The position numbers and the translations under genes were made by a program. The notes beneath the pieces are model-generated. The model was given only the letters and a program-made list of their open reading frames with translations. It ran no database searches and was not told the DNA's origin. A stretch of DNA of 64,000 nt from Candidatus Poseidoniaceae archaeon (lineage in GTDB: Archaea; Thermoplasmatota; Poseidoniia; Poseidoniales; Poseidoniaceae), in NCBI GenBank assembly GCA_965662895.1, contig CBFIJH010000002.1:1-64000 (forward strand). The letters are read 5' to 3'. Positions 29,177 to 38,530 of the stretch are shown in pieces. Numbering within the stretch: position 1 is the stretch's first letter; every line of letters starts with the position of its first letter.

Positions 29177-29797
29177 ATGAGTGAGGACGGTCAAGAAACT
29201 CGCGGACTGATTGATATCAACGCGCTTCCGGAACCTGTTCGCCGCATGGCTGAGGTCATGACAGGACTCGATCCTGAATGGACCATCGACGGTTGGCTAA
29301 CACAACAAGCGGAGCAAACACTCGCACTGCTCCGCCACGATCTCAAGCGAGAACGATTGCTCTTGGAGCAACGTAAGTTCCGTCTTGATGACCTTGAACG
29401 AAGAATCGATCCTGAAGAAGCCGCAAAGGATGAACATCAAATGTCCATCTTTGATTGCTTTGGTCTTGACCAGGACAACACGTTCACTGGACTTTCACAA
29501 CGCAATGAGAAGCAACGTATCGAGGAAGGTGAAGCGCACGGAGCAGAAGCCTTCATCGAACTCTTGCCGGATGAGCAAGGAGATGACCCTTTACTTGCAG
29601 TTGCGTGTCAATTGGTTGTCATGATCGTCGATGGTGAAATCGAGAAAGGCGAACCGGTCGCAACACTCGAAGCCATCTTTGAGCGAATGCTTCAACACGG
29701 TGTCGAAGAAGAAGAAATTGACGAAGCCATCGATTATCTCTTGACAACTGGTGGCCTCATCGAAGTTGATGATGATTGCTTCATCTCAACCATCTGA
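29177..29797 (+). CDS. Hypothetical protein (coiled coil, PIP-like motif, C-terminal winged-helix-like domain)
   Basis: Acidic 206-aa ORF with QMSIFDCF; C-terminus EEEIDEAIDYLLTTGGLIEVDDDCF. Confidence 0.7.
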   Translation: MSEDGQETRGLIDINALPEPVRRMAEVMTGLDPEWTIDGWLTQQAEQTLALLRHDLKRERLLLEQRKFRLDDLERRIDPEEAAKDEHQMSIFDCFGLDQDNTFTGLSQRNEKQRIEEGEAHGAEAFIELLPDEQGDDPLLAVACQLVVMIVDGEIEKGEPVATLEAIFERMLQHGVEEEEIDEAIDYLLTTGGLIEVDDDCFISTI

Positions 29798-29853
29798 CCT
29801 CAATCTCGTCAAGTTGCATAAGCAAAATAAGGCAAGAGTCGCAGTGTTTTATC

Positions 29854-30381
29854 ATGAAAAAGTGGCTATTGTTTCTGCTTGCGACACTTCTCTTCCTGGC
29901 GCCTAGCGTCTATGCTGACGATGAAGAGGAGGACGAAGATGATGAAGAAACCATCCTCGGTATTGAAGCCGAAGGTCTTGGCGATGTCGCCCTCTATCTG
30001 ATGGGCGGATCGTTGGCCATTGTGGCATGGAAACCAACCTTCCACTGGCTACGAAAAAACGGTCCGGAACGATTTAATGTTGATGCTCGACCCTTCAAGA
30101 AGAAACTCGGCATTTTCAATCGCCGATTCATGAAAGCACACACATGGCTTGGTTTTGGAGCAGCCATTCTCGGAACCATCCATGGTATCGTTTTGGAATG
30201 GCATTGGACACTGTGGGTCGGTATGGGAGCCATTTGGCTTCTCGTCATCTCAGGATCGATGATGCAATGGCGCTTGCCCCCGAAAGAAGTTCGGAAGGGA
30301 GCGAGGTTGCTCCATCTCCAACGTACGCTGACGATTGTTGCAATTGTCCTTTTGTTGGTCGGTCACAACATCGTCGATTAG
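29854..30381 (+). CDS. Membrane protein with signal peptide and His-bearing helices (cytochrome b561-like?)
   Basis: Signal peptide, acidic patch, four TM helices with His residues (AHTW, IHG, LHLQ, GHN). Confidence 0.65.
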   Translation: MKKWLLFLLATLLFLAPSVYADDEEEDEDDEETILGIEAEGLGDVALYLMGGSLAIVAWKPTFHWLRKNGPERFNVDARPFKKKLGIFNRRFMKAHTWLGFGAAILGTIHGIVLEWHWTLWVGMGAIWLLVISGSMMQWRLPPKEVRKGARLLHLQRTLTIVAIVLLLVGHNIVD

Positions 30382-30399
30382 GACTTATTCAGTTCCTTC

Positions 30400-31257
30400 T
30401 CAATCCTCAAGAATCGTCGTTGCAATCACTCGGATATCGGTTTCCCATTGCGTAAATTCTGGCACATCCAACGGTTCGACACCATGAATTGCATGAAGCC
30501 ATATGAGTGTGCCTGTATCGATCATAATTTCGCCAGCGTGCCCCTTTTCATCGGTAAACACAGAAGTCTGTTTCGACCCTTGTAACTTGTTAACGTCTCC
30601 TTCAAGTTCTCCGGCTTCGAACATCTCACGCAGTTCGTAAGCCACTGCACCATGGTGGAAGGTGAATATCTCATTGTTTGGGAAGTCCACACTAAGGTCC
30701 TGTGAGAGGTTTACCCAATACGGCAAGATGTCGAGTGTTGAGTTAGCTGCGTACTCACTTGCATCCTCGTAGTCTCCAGGGAAATCCTTCCACGGCATAG
30801 CCAAACCAATTCGTATGTTTGGGTTCTTTTCAACTGCATACGAGGTGAAATTCCAGATTGCAGCATCTGATTGGAAATCAGATTCCATAAACTCGATACT
30901 GCAACAAATCATGATGAATACATCAATCTCGCCAGTGTCAAGGTAATCCTTGATGTTCTCACGGTGGCCGTCGTCTTCCCATAATGCATCGGGGGCACCT
31001 GAAGCACCTCCACTCATTTCGATGTACTGCGCGTGATCGGTGAATCCTGTGGTGTGTGCATAATCCTGAAGTGTTTCAGCAAAAACTCGGCCGAAGCTGT
31101 GGCCGATGTAAAGAACATTGTAATCTTCAGCCTTGACTTCTTCGGGCGAACCCATGTTTTTGTCATTCTCACCGTTTCCTCCGCCACGACCCAAACACCC
31201 GGATAAAGAAACCGTAATCATCAACGTGGTGACAAGGAAAACAACCTTTTTGTTCAT
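30400..31257 (-). CDS. Lipoprotein, SGNH-hydrolase-like
   Basis: Lipobox LSGC; LYIGHSF (GxS block I) and C-terminal DEKGH (DxxH-like). Confidence 0.7.
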   Translation of the reverse strand: MNKKVVFLVTTLMITVSLSGCLGRGGGNGENDKNMGSPEEVKAEDYNVLYIGHSFGRVFAETLQDYAHTTGFTDHAQYIEMSGGASGAPDALWEDDGHRENIKDYLDTGEIDVFIMICCSIEFMESDFQSDAAIWNFTSYAVEKNPNIRIGLAMPWKDFPGDYEDASEYAANSTLDILPYWVNLSQDLSVDFPNNEIFTFHHGAVAYELREMFEAGELEGDVNKLQGSKQTSVFTDEKGHAGEIMIDTGTLIWLHAIHGVEPLDVPEFTQWETDIRVIATTILED

Positions 31258-31411
31258 GTGTGTTTACTTCGTAGGCTCGTATATATTGCCTCTGTAACAC
31301 TGGTGTAACCCACTGTATGGGCGTATCACGCGTGGGTACCCTCTGCTCAAACTAGGGCCCCCTTGGACATCCCAATGGTGTCTTATTAGAGTCCCGACAG
31401 ATATTCTCTAC

Positions 31412-31990
31412 ATGAGAATTCTAGTGAGTATGTTCTGTGGCTGGATGGTATGGGCGAGTTTTGTGACATGGCGCTTGGCGCATCCGGAAGTTGCTGTATT
31501 GGCAGGCATTGTCAGCGTCTTCGTTTGTGAGGCGATGATTCATCGTGCTGAGCGAAAGGGATTGCAACGAGAACGAATGCAACTCCGTCAACAGTTGAAT
31601 CTTTCCGCTCACAACATCAACCAACTTCAGGAGTCCTTGTCGAATGTGCAGGCTGAACTTCATCGCAGGGATATCATCGGCACACCTGCTGCTCGAGAAT
31701 TGCTCAAGCGTCAAGAGGAGGCGATGAGCGCCCAATCGTCTGCATTGGAAGATCGGACCAGTCGTCAAGATCGGATGTTCGTCGCTATGGAACGGCTTCT
31801 TGCGTTTCAAACCGAACAAACTGCAGCCATTCAGCAAAGTCTTGCTGAATTGCTCACACAACTTGCTTCTGAACCACGTCAACACGTTACCATGACCGAT
31901 AGTGTTCTTGTACAAAATCGGGAGGAGGAGCGCATGCGAAGACAGTTTAGACGAATGAGTGATGAATTCATTGCTGAATTGTTTGACTAG
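31412..31990 (+). CDS. Hypothetical membrane-anchored coiled-coil protein
   Basis: Two N-terminal hydrophobic helices, a Q/E/R-rich coiled coil and a C-terminal MTDSV motif. Confidence 0.65.
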   Translation: MRILVSMFCGWMVWASFVTWRLAHPEVAVLAGIVSVFVCEAMIHRAERKGLQRERMQLRQQLNLSAHNINQLQESLSNVQAELHRRDIIGTPAARELLKRQEEAMSAQSSALEDRTSRQDRMFVAMERLLAFQTEQTAAIQQSLAELLTQLASEPRQHVTMTDSVLVQNREEERMRRQFRRMSDEFIAELFD

Positions 31991-32026
31991 CGGTATCTTG
32001 AGAACCTCGCGATTGCTGGATAAAGC

Positions 32027-32347
32027 ATGGCGACCAAGCGGGAACATGCAAGAGCCATTCTCGATGCCTTGGATTCAAAAGCCCGATTGACATCAAGAAC
32101 ATTGCTTGGTGCAGGAATTGCAACGGTTTTTCTTCTCGTCATTGCCTACTTTACGATGTGGCAATATGCCGCCGGAGGAGCGTTGTTGATTGCCTTGCTT
32201 TTGCAGATGACGCATGAGCGTCTAACGGTCGCAGCGGATGCGATGATTGCAAGCAACATGGAGAAACTTGGTTGGGATCTTGAAGCGCTTAACGATGATG
32301 AATCAATCTCCAAACTACGGAAACTTGCAAAACGAGACGAGGGTTGA
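32027..32347 (+). CDS. Hypothetical 2-TM protein
   Basis: Co-oriented run; two hydrophobic segments. Confidence 0.65.
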   Translation: MATKREHARAILDALDSKARLTSRTLLGAGIATVFLLVIAYFTMWQYAAGGALLIALLLQMTHERLTVAADAMIASNMEKLGWDLEALNDDESISKLRKLAKRDEG

Positions 32348-32349
32348 CA

Positions 32350-33012
32350 ATGTCCTCTGTTCCACCTGGCATTTACTCATATCAGGATTTACAGAAACGA
32401 TGGTTCGTCTCAGTTGTTACCTTGGGCGCCATAGGCGCAATTTTGGGATATTCGCTCACGAATTCGTGGGTTGTTGCAGCAGCAGGTTTTCTTCTTGGAC
32501 AACTGATTTCTTTTGCGGATTTTTTCCGCTTAAGGAAGGCAACAGATCGATGGATTGAAGAGATGCTGAGCGATTTGCACATTGACCTCGAAGATTTGGG
32601 ATCAAACATTACGCCTGCATTCGTCTTGCAAGAATGGGAATCGCAAATGAAAAAGGAGCGAAAGAATCCAGTCATGACACGTGGAAAAGATGAACGAGGA
32701 TTTACTTCGGGAATCCTCGAGGCTGACTTGGATTCGAACAGAACACCGATTCAGGCAGAGGAACGAGAAGAATATCAAGGACTCGAGGGCGAACTAACAA
32801 TTGCTCAACAGGTCAAAGCTGAAGCTGACAAACGCTATGCTGAACATGCCCAACAGCGATGGGAAGAATCTGAACGGGACGATCCGGATTTGATTGAGGC
32901 TGGAGTCAAACGACTCGGCGACCTGGTGACAACGGATTATTTCGAAAAACATCATGATCCGAATGCAGTTTCGAAGTTGATGAAAGATCACTCTTCCAAT
33001 GAAGACAATTGA
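32350..33012 (+). CDS. Hypothetical protein, 2 TM helices and acidic soluble tail
   Basis: Abuts the upstream stop; hydrophobic N-terminus. Confidence 0.7.
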   Translation: MSSVPPGIYSYQDLQKRWFVSVVTLGAIGAILGYSLTNSWVVAAAGFLLGQLISFADFFRLRKATDRWIEEMLSDLHIDLEDLGSNITPAFVLQEWESQMKKERKNPVMTRGKDERGFTSGILEADLDSNRTPIQAEEREEYQGLEGELTIAQQVKAEADKRYAEHAQQRWEESERDDPDLIEAGVKRLGDLVTTDYFEKHHDPNAVSKLMKDHSSNEDN

Positions 33013-33200
33013 ACCAACAACGCATCGACTGCATCGCGCAATTCACGCATCGTCTCTGCCTCAACAACCACTTCCAGTTGTGTCGTCTCCTCGTTCTTGA
33101 CCGTGAAGTCATAACCAACTTGATTGAGAAGTCCGATGATTGGTTTTGCTTCCACCTTGCTACCTGACCAAGTGATAACGACATGGTGCTCGGACGACAT
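32988..33200 (-). CDS. Putative KEOPS subunit Pcc1-like protein
   Basis: 70 aa ending LEVVVEAETMRELRDAVDALL, similar to the Pcc1 C-terminal beta-strand/helix pattern. Recalled similarity only. Confidence 0.5.
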   Translation of the reverse strand: MSSEHHVVITWSGSKVEAKPIIGLLNQVGYDFTVKNEETTQLEVVVEAETMRELRDAVDALLVQLSSLEE

Positions 33201-33271
33201 GGGCTTGCCTTCGGGTGTACCCATATGAGGATGATGCATGAAATCAAATGTAGTGCATTCAAGCCTTTACC

Positions 33272-34633
33272 ATGGCGGATTCCAAAGCAGACCTTCTTGC
33301 TGGTGCAGGGGGATTGGTTACGGATGAAGCACAATCTGACCACCAAGGCCGCAAAGCGTTGCTACTTGTTCGCAACAACCATGATTGTAGTGAATTTATT
33401 GCATTGGCAGAAACAATGGGAATCAACATCGTTGACCGAGTTGATCAACGCGGGAAGAGTGATGCGAAATGGTTCATGGGTCAAGGGAAACTTCAGGATG
33501 TTGCAGAAGAACTTCAATCCGCAACCCGCGGCCACCCTTGGAACGGCGTGGATTTGCTTTTGTTGCATACCAATGCTACGCCACGTCAACTTGTGGGCGT
33601 AAACGATGCTGTTGGCACTGAGGTTTGGGATCGGGTTCGACTTCTTTTGGCGCTCTTTACTGCGCATGCATCCAGTGTCGAAGCTCGAATTCAAGTTCGG
33701 ATTGCTCGATTGCAATCCGATCGAACCGTCCTCAGAGAAGTTGTCAAACAACAAACAACTGGAGAAAGAGCGGGTTATGGTGGTGCAGGGCGAACTGCTG
33801 CTGGTTCAGTCCTTACCAACGTGAATCGAGAATTGGCGGCTCTTCGCAAGCGCCAACGGAAGCAGGTCAAATCTGCAGCAGAACGACGCAGGCAGCGGAA
33901 AGAGCATGCAATGACCGTCGGTCTTGCAGGCTATACGAATGCTGGAAAATCCAGTCTTTTTCGTCGTTTATCGGGCAAAGAAGTCCTCGTTGAGGATCGA
34001 TTGTTTTCGACCCTTGAATCAACCCTAGGGCGCCTTGAATCAAGTCCACGAGTTCTTCTCGCAGATACTATTGGATTCATCGACGGATTACCAAACGCCA
34101 CGCTTGAGGCGTTTCGAGCAACGCTTGCAGAGGCGATTGAATGCGACCTGCTTCTTCTTCTCGTTGATGCTGGTGATCCACTTGATGAAATGGAACGGAA
34201 ACTTCTGACCTCCATTCGTGAGTTGACAGAGCGTGCTTTGGAAGTTGATGAACCGTCCATCATCGAGCGCATCCAAATTGTGCTCACCAAACTCGACACA
34301 GTTCATCTGGAAACGCTCGAAAGCAAACGAAGGATGATTTCTGAACACGGATTTTCAAATCCTCTTCTCATTTCCTCACACTCTGGCGAAGGAATAGAAG
34401 GATTGCAATCTGCCATCCTTACCACACTTTTTGGCCCCAAACGGACGTTGCTTATTCACAATCCAAAAGAAAACGAAATGGCCTCAGAAGCGATTCTTTC
34501 TCGGGTGTTTGACGCAGTATACGTTCACAAACATGAACAAACGGAACAAGCAATTGAAGTTCGGGTGAGTGCTTCAGATGAAACAATTTCCATCCTCATG
34601 TCGAAACACGGTGAACGCATTGAACTCAAGTAG
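33272..34633 (+). CDS. hflX: GTPase HflX
   Basis: GQGKL, WDRVRLLL.LF, GYTNAGKSS, LFSTL, DTIGFI and TKLD. Confidence 0.92.
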   Translation: MADSKADLLAGAGGLVTDEAQSDHQGRKALLLVRNNHDCSEFIALAETMGINIVDRVDQRGKSDAKWFMGQGKLQDVAEELQSATRGHPWNGVDLLLLHTNATPRQLVGVNDAVGTEVWDRVRLLLALFTAHASSVEARIQVRIARLQSDRTVLREVVKQQTTGERAGYGGAGRTAAGSVLTNVNRELAALRKRQRKQVKSAAERRRQRKEHAMTVGLAGYTNAGKSSLFRRLSGKEVLVEDRLFSTLESTLGRLESSPRVLLADTIGFIDGLPNATLEAFRATLAEAIECDLLLLLVDAGDPLDEMERKLLTSIRELTERALEVDEPSIIERIQIVLTKLDTVHLETLESKRRMISEHGFSNPLLISSHSGEGIEGLQSAILTTLFGPKRTLLIHNPKENEMASEAILSRVFDAVYVHKHEQTEQAIEVRVSASDETISILMSKHGERIELK

Positions 34634-34653
34634 AACAATCAGGTGGGAAAATC

Positions 34654-35571
34654 ATGAGCGAACGTGTGGAGGACGATTGGGTAGGCATCGAAGGCCTACC
34701 TGAATCTGAACCTTCAACGATGTTTGCGACGTCCAACGCAATTTTCACCATCCCCGATACGACGTTGCATCCCATCACAAAATCGATTGCCATCTTCGTC
34801 TTGTTCATAGCTGCTTCTGGATTCCTCAATGGTTTGGATTATGCCTCCCCCGATTCTGGGCTGGTTCAGCCAGATGAGTTCGTGTTCCAGTTGGCGCAAA
34901 CCGCTCCACCAAATTCAGCAATGTTTGATGGCATGGTCTACGACCACCGAGGAGACCCGATCGAAGGTGCGGAGATTGTTCTCGAATGGGAAGAAACCCC
35001 TGGACGGTTCAATTCAAGCGTAACGACCACTGATGCAAATGGTTCGTTCTCGTATGAATACGTCGAACCTGGTCTCGCCAGAATTGATATCACTGTTGAG
35101 CGAGGGAATTATACCGATACACTTGTTGAACGATTGCTGTTGTCTCCTCCTGCATTGATTGAGCCATACGGCTTTACCCGTTTGGATTTCATTGTGCCTT
35201 CTTCTGAAGCGTTTGCAGATGAACCATGCCCATTTGAACAAGAAACGTGCACGAAGCGACTTATCGATCGCAACCTAGAACAGAAAGAGAATCCTCGAAT
35301 GGATCCAAGTGCTGCTGGTATCTACATCATGATTGGATATGGATTCATGGGCGTCTCCGTGATTGCCATCGGATTTGTTGTATGGGCATTACGAACCGGT
35401 TCTGTGGCGGTACTCAGAATGAGCACCATCTTTGCATTCTTTGGTATGGGTCATTATTATGCCGCGTGTATTCTTGGACTGACGGCTTTCTTACTTACAT
35501 TCGCCATTCCGAAACGGAACAAGGCCCTCAATACGAGCCCATTTGATGCAAATACCCAAACGCCCTTATGA
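34654..35571 (+). CDS. Membrane protein with a carboxypeptidase-regulatory-like (prealbumin-fold) domain
   Basis: GMVYDHRGDPIEGAEI...TTTDANGSFSY; N- and C-terminal TM helices. Confidence 0.75.
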   Translation: MSERVEDDWVGIEGLPESEPSTMFATSNAIFTIPDTTLHPITKSIAIFVLFIAASGFLNGLDYASPDSGLVQPDEFVFQLAQTAPPNSAMFDGMVYDHRGDPIEGAEIVLEWEETPGRFNSSVTTTDANGSFSYEYVEPGLARIDITVERGNYTDTLVERLLLSPPALIEPYGFTRLDFIVPSSEAFADEPCPFEQETCTKRLIDRNLEQKENPRMDPSAAGIYIMIGYGFMGVSVIAIGFVVWALRTGSVAVLRMSTIFAFFGMGHYYAACILGLTAFLLTFAIPKRNKALNTSPFDANTQTPL

Positions 35572-36650
35572 GGCGAATTGCATCGCAAGTCATGGACCTG
35601 ACCAATTGTACCTGGATGGTTCGCGAGTTGGGAGAGGCTGTGAGTTGCACTGTCCTTCTCGATGACGATTCGCTGCTCGTTGGCGGATGGGATGGCACGA
35701 TCAAACACTGGTCGGAAGCTGGTGATTTGTTGTGGGAGGCAAAAACTCCAAACCGCGTTTCATCGATGGTTCTCCGAGATGATTCCATCTATGCAACGTC
35801 TGGGTTGCACATTGTATGCCTTGCAGCATCAACAGGAGCGATACGATGGGATGTTGCATTGGAAGGCTCGGCCGATGCGGTCATGACGACGACCGAGTGC
35901 GTTCTTGCTGCATCTTCTGTGTACGATATCGAACACAATGACTTCATCGAATCCGCCATTTGGTCGATTTCATTCGAAGGAGACGTGCTCGCTACACATC
36001 GAATGGATGAGCGCCCATGGACACTTCACCCCTACAACCAAGGAGCAATCGCAGGGTTGGGGCGACCGTTGAACGGCTACCTTCTTCTCGATGCAAACGG
36101 GAACATTCTCGAGCAAAACAAAGACTGGGAGAGCCCAACCATCTGTTCAACAAACGGAAAGAATCCAGTTTTCGGACTTGCCGATGGTTCTGTTCGCTCG
36201 TTGGATGGGATGACCGTACATACGATGCAATCCGCTATCAGCAACATCGTTGAGAACGCAAGTGGATATGTGCTAGCAGATGATGTCGGACTTGTCGAAT
36301 TCTTTGATGATTCAGTCCGCTGGAAGGCAAATGGAAACGAAGTTGTTGCCATATCGCTCGGATTTGACATCGATGGAACGGAATCCTGTTGGGTTGCTCG
36401 TTGGAACGGTTCTCAAGGCGAAGTCATTGTCCATTCAATGAACGGCGGTGAGCAAATTGCTTCGTTCGAAGGTCAACGCGTCCATGACATGGCATTCAAT
36501 GGTCGACGTATTGCAGTGGGGTGTGAGAATGGACAAGTGTTCGTATGGGAGAAAGGACTTTTCCAAAGAAGAATGGAGCAACCAAATCAACAGGAAAACA
36601 ATGCTTCGAGAAGTGCCATGTTCGAGAAACTTCGCGCATTGCGAAAGTGA
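35568..36650 (+). CDS. WD40/PQQ-like beta-propeller protein
   Basis: GGWDGTIKHW, TGAIRW and AVGCENGQVFVW repeats. Confidence 0.8.
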   Translation: MRRIASQVMDLTNCTWMVRELGEAVSCTVLLDDDSLLVGGWDGTIKHWSEAGDLLWEAKTPNRVSSMVLRDDSIYATSGLHIVCLAASTGAIRWDVALEGSADAVMTTTECVLAASSVYDIEHNDFIESAIWSISFEGDVLATHRMDERPWTLHPYNQGAIAGLGRPLNGYLLLDANGNILEQNKDWESPTICSTNGKNPVFGLADGSVRSLDGMTVHTMQSAISNIVENASGYVLADDVGLVEFFDDSVRWKANGNEVVAISLGFDIDGTESCWVARWNGSQGEVIVHSMNGGEQIASFEGQRVHDMAFNGRRIAVGCENGQVFVWEKGLFQRRMEQPNQQENNASRSAMFEKLRALRK

Positions 36651-37334
36651 TCACTCAATGGCTTCAAGATGAATCCATTCGTTTTCAAGAGCATGATGCC
36701 AAAGATCTGCTAATCTCATCAAATTGTATGCAGAACGTTCAAACCTTCGAGCAATAAGATTGAGATTCAAACGTCCTTCTCGACCTGCTACGTTTGATTT
36801 CTGTTCTTCAAGTATGGACAGTGAGATCTCTTCGAAAAGGGACTGAATCGACAACCACTGGTCCTTGAGGCCACTTGGCAATTCGGTTAGCTGTAAGAGA
36901 CAAACTTCCAATTGTTCGAGAATGGCGAAAACGCCCAATCCAAGATCCGTGAGTGACCTAGCCAGATGTTCAGGAATTTCCGCACCATCACTCGACGCAT
37001 TGAATGAATCTTGAGCGTTGGCAATATCACGCGCATGACGAGCGAGGCGTTCAATCACATCAATTCCTCGAAGATAACAGGCTACGATTCTCAAGTCCTG
37101 AAGCAGGGGCTGGTTTAGTGTGAGAACCAACAGCAATTCCTGAGATAAATCTTCAGCTTTTCGCTGCGCCTTCATTCTCTTCTTTTGAACAACTTGAGCG
37201 TCAAGCTCTGTTACGTTCGTGATCCCTTTGATTGTCATGGTGTATGCTTGCTTCACGGGTCGGATGAATTCCTCCAAAGCACTGCGGATGATATTCATTC
37301 GAGCATCAAGATTCGTACGGATAGGTGGTGCCAT
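36651..37334 (-). CDS. PhoU-family phosphate transport regulator
   Basis: QPLLQDLRIV...IERLARHARDIA and RRFERSA, a degenerate PhoU repeat pair; adjacent to the pst genes. Confidence 0.85.
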   Translation of the reverse strand: MAPPIRTNLDARMNIIRSALEEFIRPVKQAYTMTIKGITNVTELDAQVVQKKRMKAQRKAEDLSQELLLVLTLNQPLLQDLRIVACYLRGIDVIERLARHARDIANAQDSFNASSDGAEIPEHLARSLTDLGLGVFAILEQLEVCLLQLTELPSGLKDQWLSIQSLFEEISLSILEEQKSNVAGREGRLNLNLIARRFERSAYNLMRLADLWHHALENEWIHLEAIE

Positions 37335-38386
37335 CAAAACACCCCATCGTTTGATTCCATTAAATTCGTTCGCTCTGCCATCATCATATTGATGAGCGTC
37401 TCTGTTAAATCGATACTGTAGCCACACAGTCTACGGACGGTTTCTGAAATCTTGAATTCAACGAGAACAATTCGCGCTCCGTCTTTCGATGACATGAGCT
37501 CTTCCTCATGCGTCTCTAAATCCAACAATTGATCTTTCAGACGCTGCTTTTCCTCGACAAGGACGGACATTTCCTTTGAGTAGGTATTTCGAATAACTGA
37601 GCGCAGGGCAGACAGCCACACTGGAATCGAAGTCATCGGTAGCGTATCCAGAGAAACAGAGACCTCACCGCTGGTTTCGAAGACCAATTTTGCAAAGCGG
37701 TATGCGTGATCGCCCATTCGTTCAAGATAATGTGACATGGCTGCGTGCTGCATGGCTTGGTATCGATCGACCCCAAGAGCACGTTCAATGTGAGGTGAAT
37801 TGAGGGCCATGGCAACCTGACGATCCACGAGTAGACGACGAGCATCAATTTGCCGTTCTCGGTCTTCATGATCGCTGAGTTCTTCAACGTCCTCTCCGGA
37901 AAGAACCCCATAGGAGTCCTCGACCAGGCTGGTCACGAGAAGATACATTCTGTTGAGGCTGACTTGTAGAGGCAGCTCATTCGGATTGAGAAGCGAGACG
38001 ATTGTTATGGAATTGTCCTCATCAAGAGAAATTTCCATCCCTCGGGTGTCACGCAAGAATTGTCGAATGATTCTACGCTCCTTGCTTCCAACCCCAGTTT
38101 TGTCGCGTATCGTTATGTGGTCTGCTCCGCTCACGTAAATTCCAATCAGATAATCGTAAAGAGCTCCGCGTGGGTATTTGGTTAAATCCAAATCGATGCT
38201 GCGCCGAAGGTTTTTGTTTTCCTTTGGAGAGATTTGAATTTCTCCGGAGGATAAATGTTCGATTCCAACGACATCACTTGGTTTCAGATTGTTCTCCGTA
38301 ATCCAGCGTTTCGGTAAGGAAACGATGTACGTCGAACCGCCTGTAACCTGTAGTTTTCTATATTCGACGCCAATGGAAGATTTCAT
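37334..38386 (-). CDS. AbrB-PhoU archaeal phosphate uptake regulator
   Basis: N-terminal RKLQVTGGSTYIVSLPKRW (AbrB-like DNA-binding domain) followed by PhoU repeats (LERMGDHA). Confidence 0.92.
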   Translation of the reverse strand: MKSSIGVEYRKLQVTGGSTYIVSLPKRWITENNLKPSDVVGIEHLSSGEIQISPKENKNLRRSIDLDLTKYPRGALYDYLIGIYVSGADHITIRDKTGVGSKERRIIRQFLRDTRGMEISLDEDNSITIVSLLNPNELPLQVSLNRMYLLVTSLVEDSYGVLSGEDVEELSDHEDRERQIDARRLLVDRQVAMALNSPHIERALGVDRYQAMQHAAMSHYLERMGDHAYRFAKLVFETSGEVSVSLDTLPMTSIPVWLSALRSVIRNTYSKEMSVLVEEKQRLKDQLLDLETHEEELMSSKDGARIVLVEFKISETVRRLCGYSIDLTETLINMMMAERTNLMESNDGVF

Positions 38387-38399
38387 ATTTCTGCCCCTG

Positions 38400-38486
38400 T
38401 ATAGGAAGTCCTACATTCTACCTTCTAACATCAATTTGTATATAGTTATCTATAGGCATATGTAGTTGAATGTAGGTTCCGTAGGC
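38400..38486. promoter_or_regulatory. Divergent phoU/pstS promoter region with 10-bp-phased T(A/G)TAG repeats and a 9-bp inverted repeat
   Basis: TATAG at 38441 and 38451, TGTAG at 38461 and 38471; CCTACATTC (38410-38418) pairs with GAATGTAGG (38468-38476). Confidence 0.65.
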
Positions 38487-38530
38487 CAATGACAATTAGA
38501 GAAACAATCAGCGAGGGTCGGGAAGAGAAT

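Noticed and set aside
31421-32047. 208-aa minus-strand ORF
   Set aside because: It is antisense to a more plausible TM/coiled-coil gene in a co-oriented plus-strand run.
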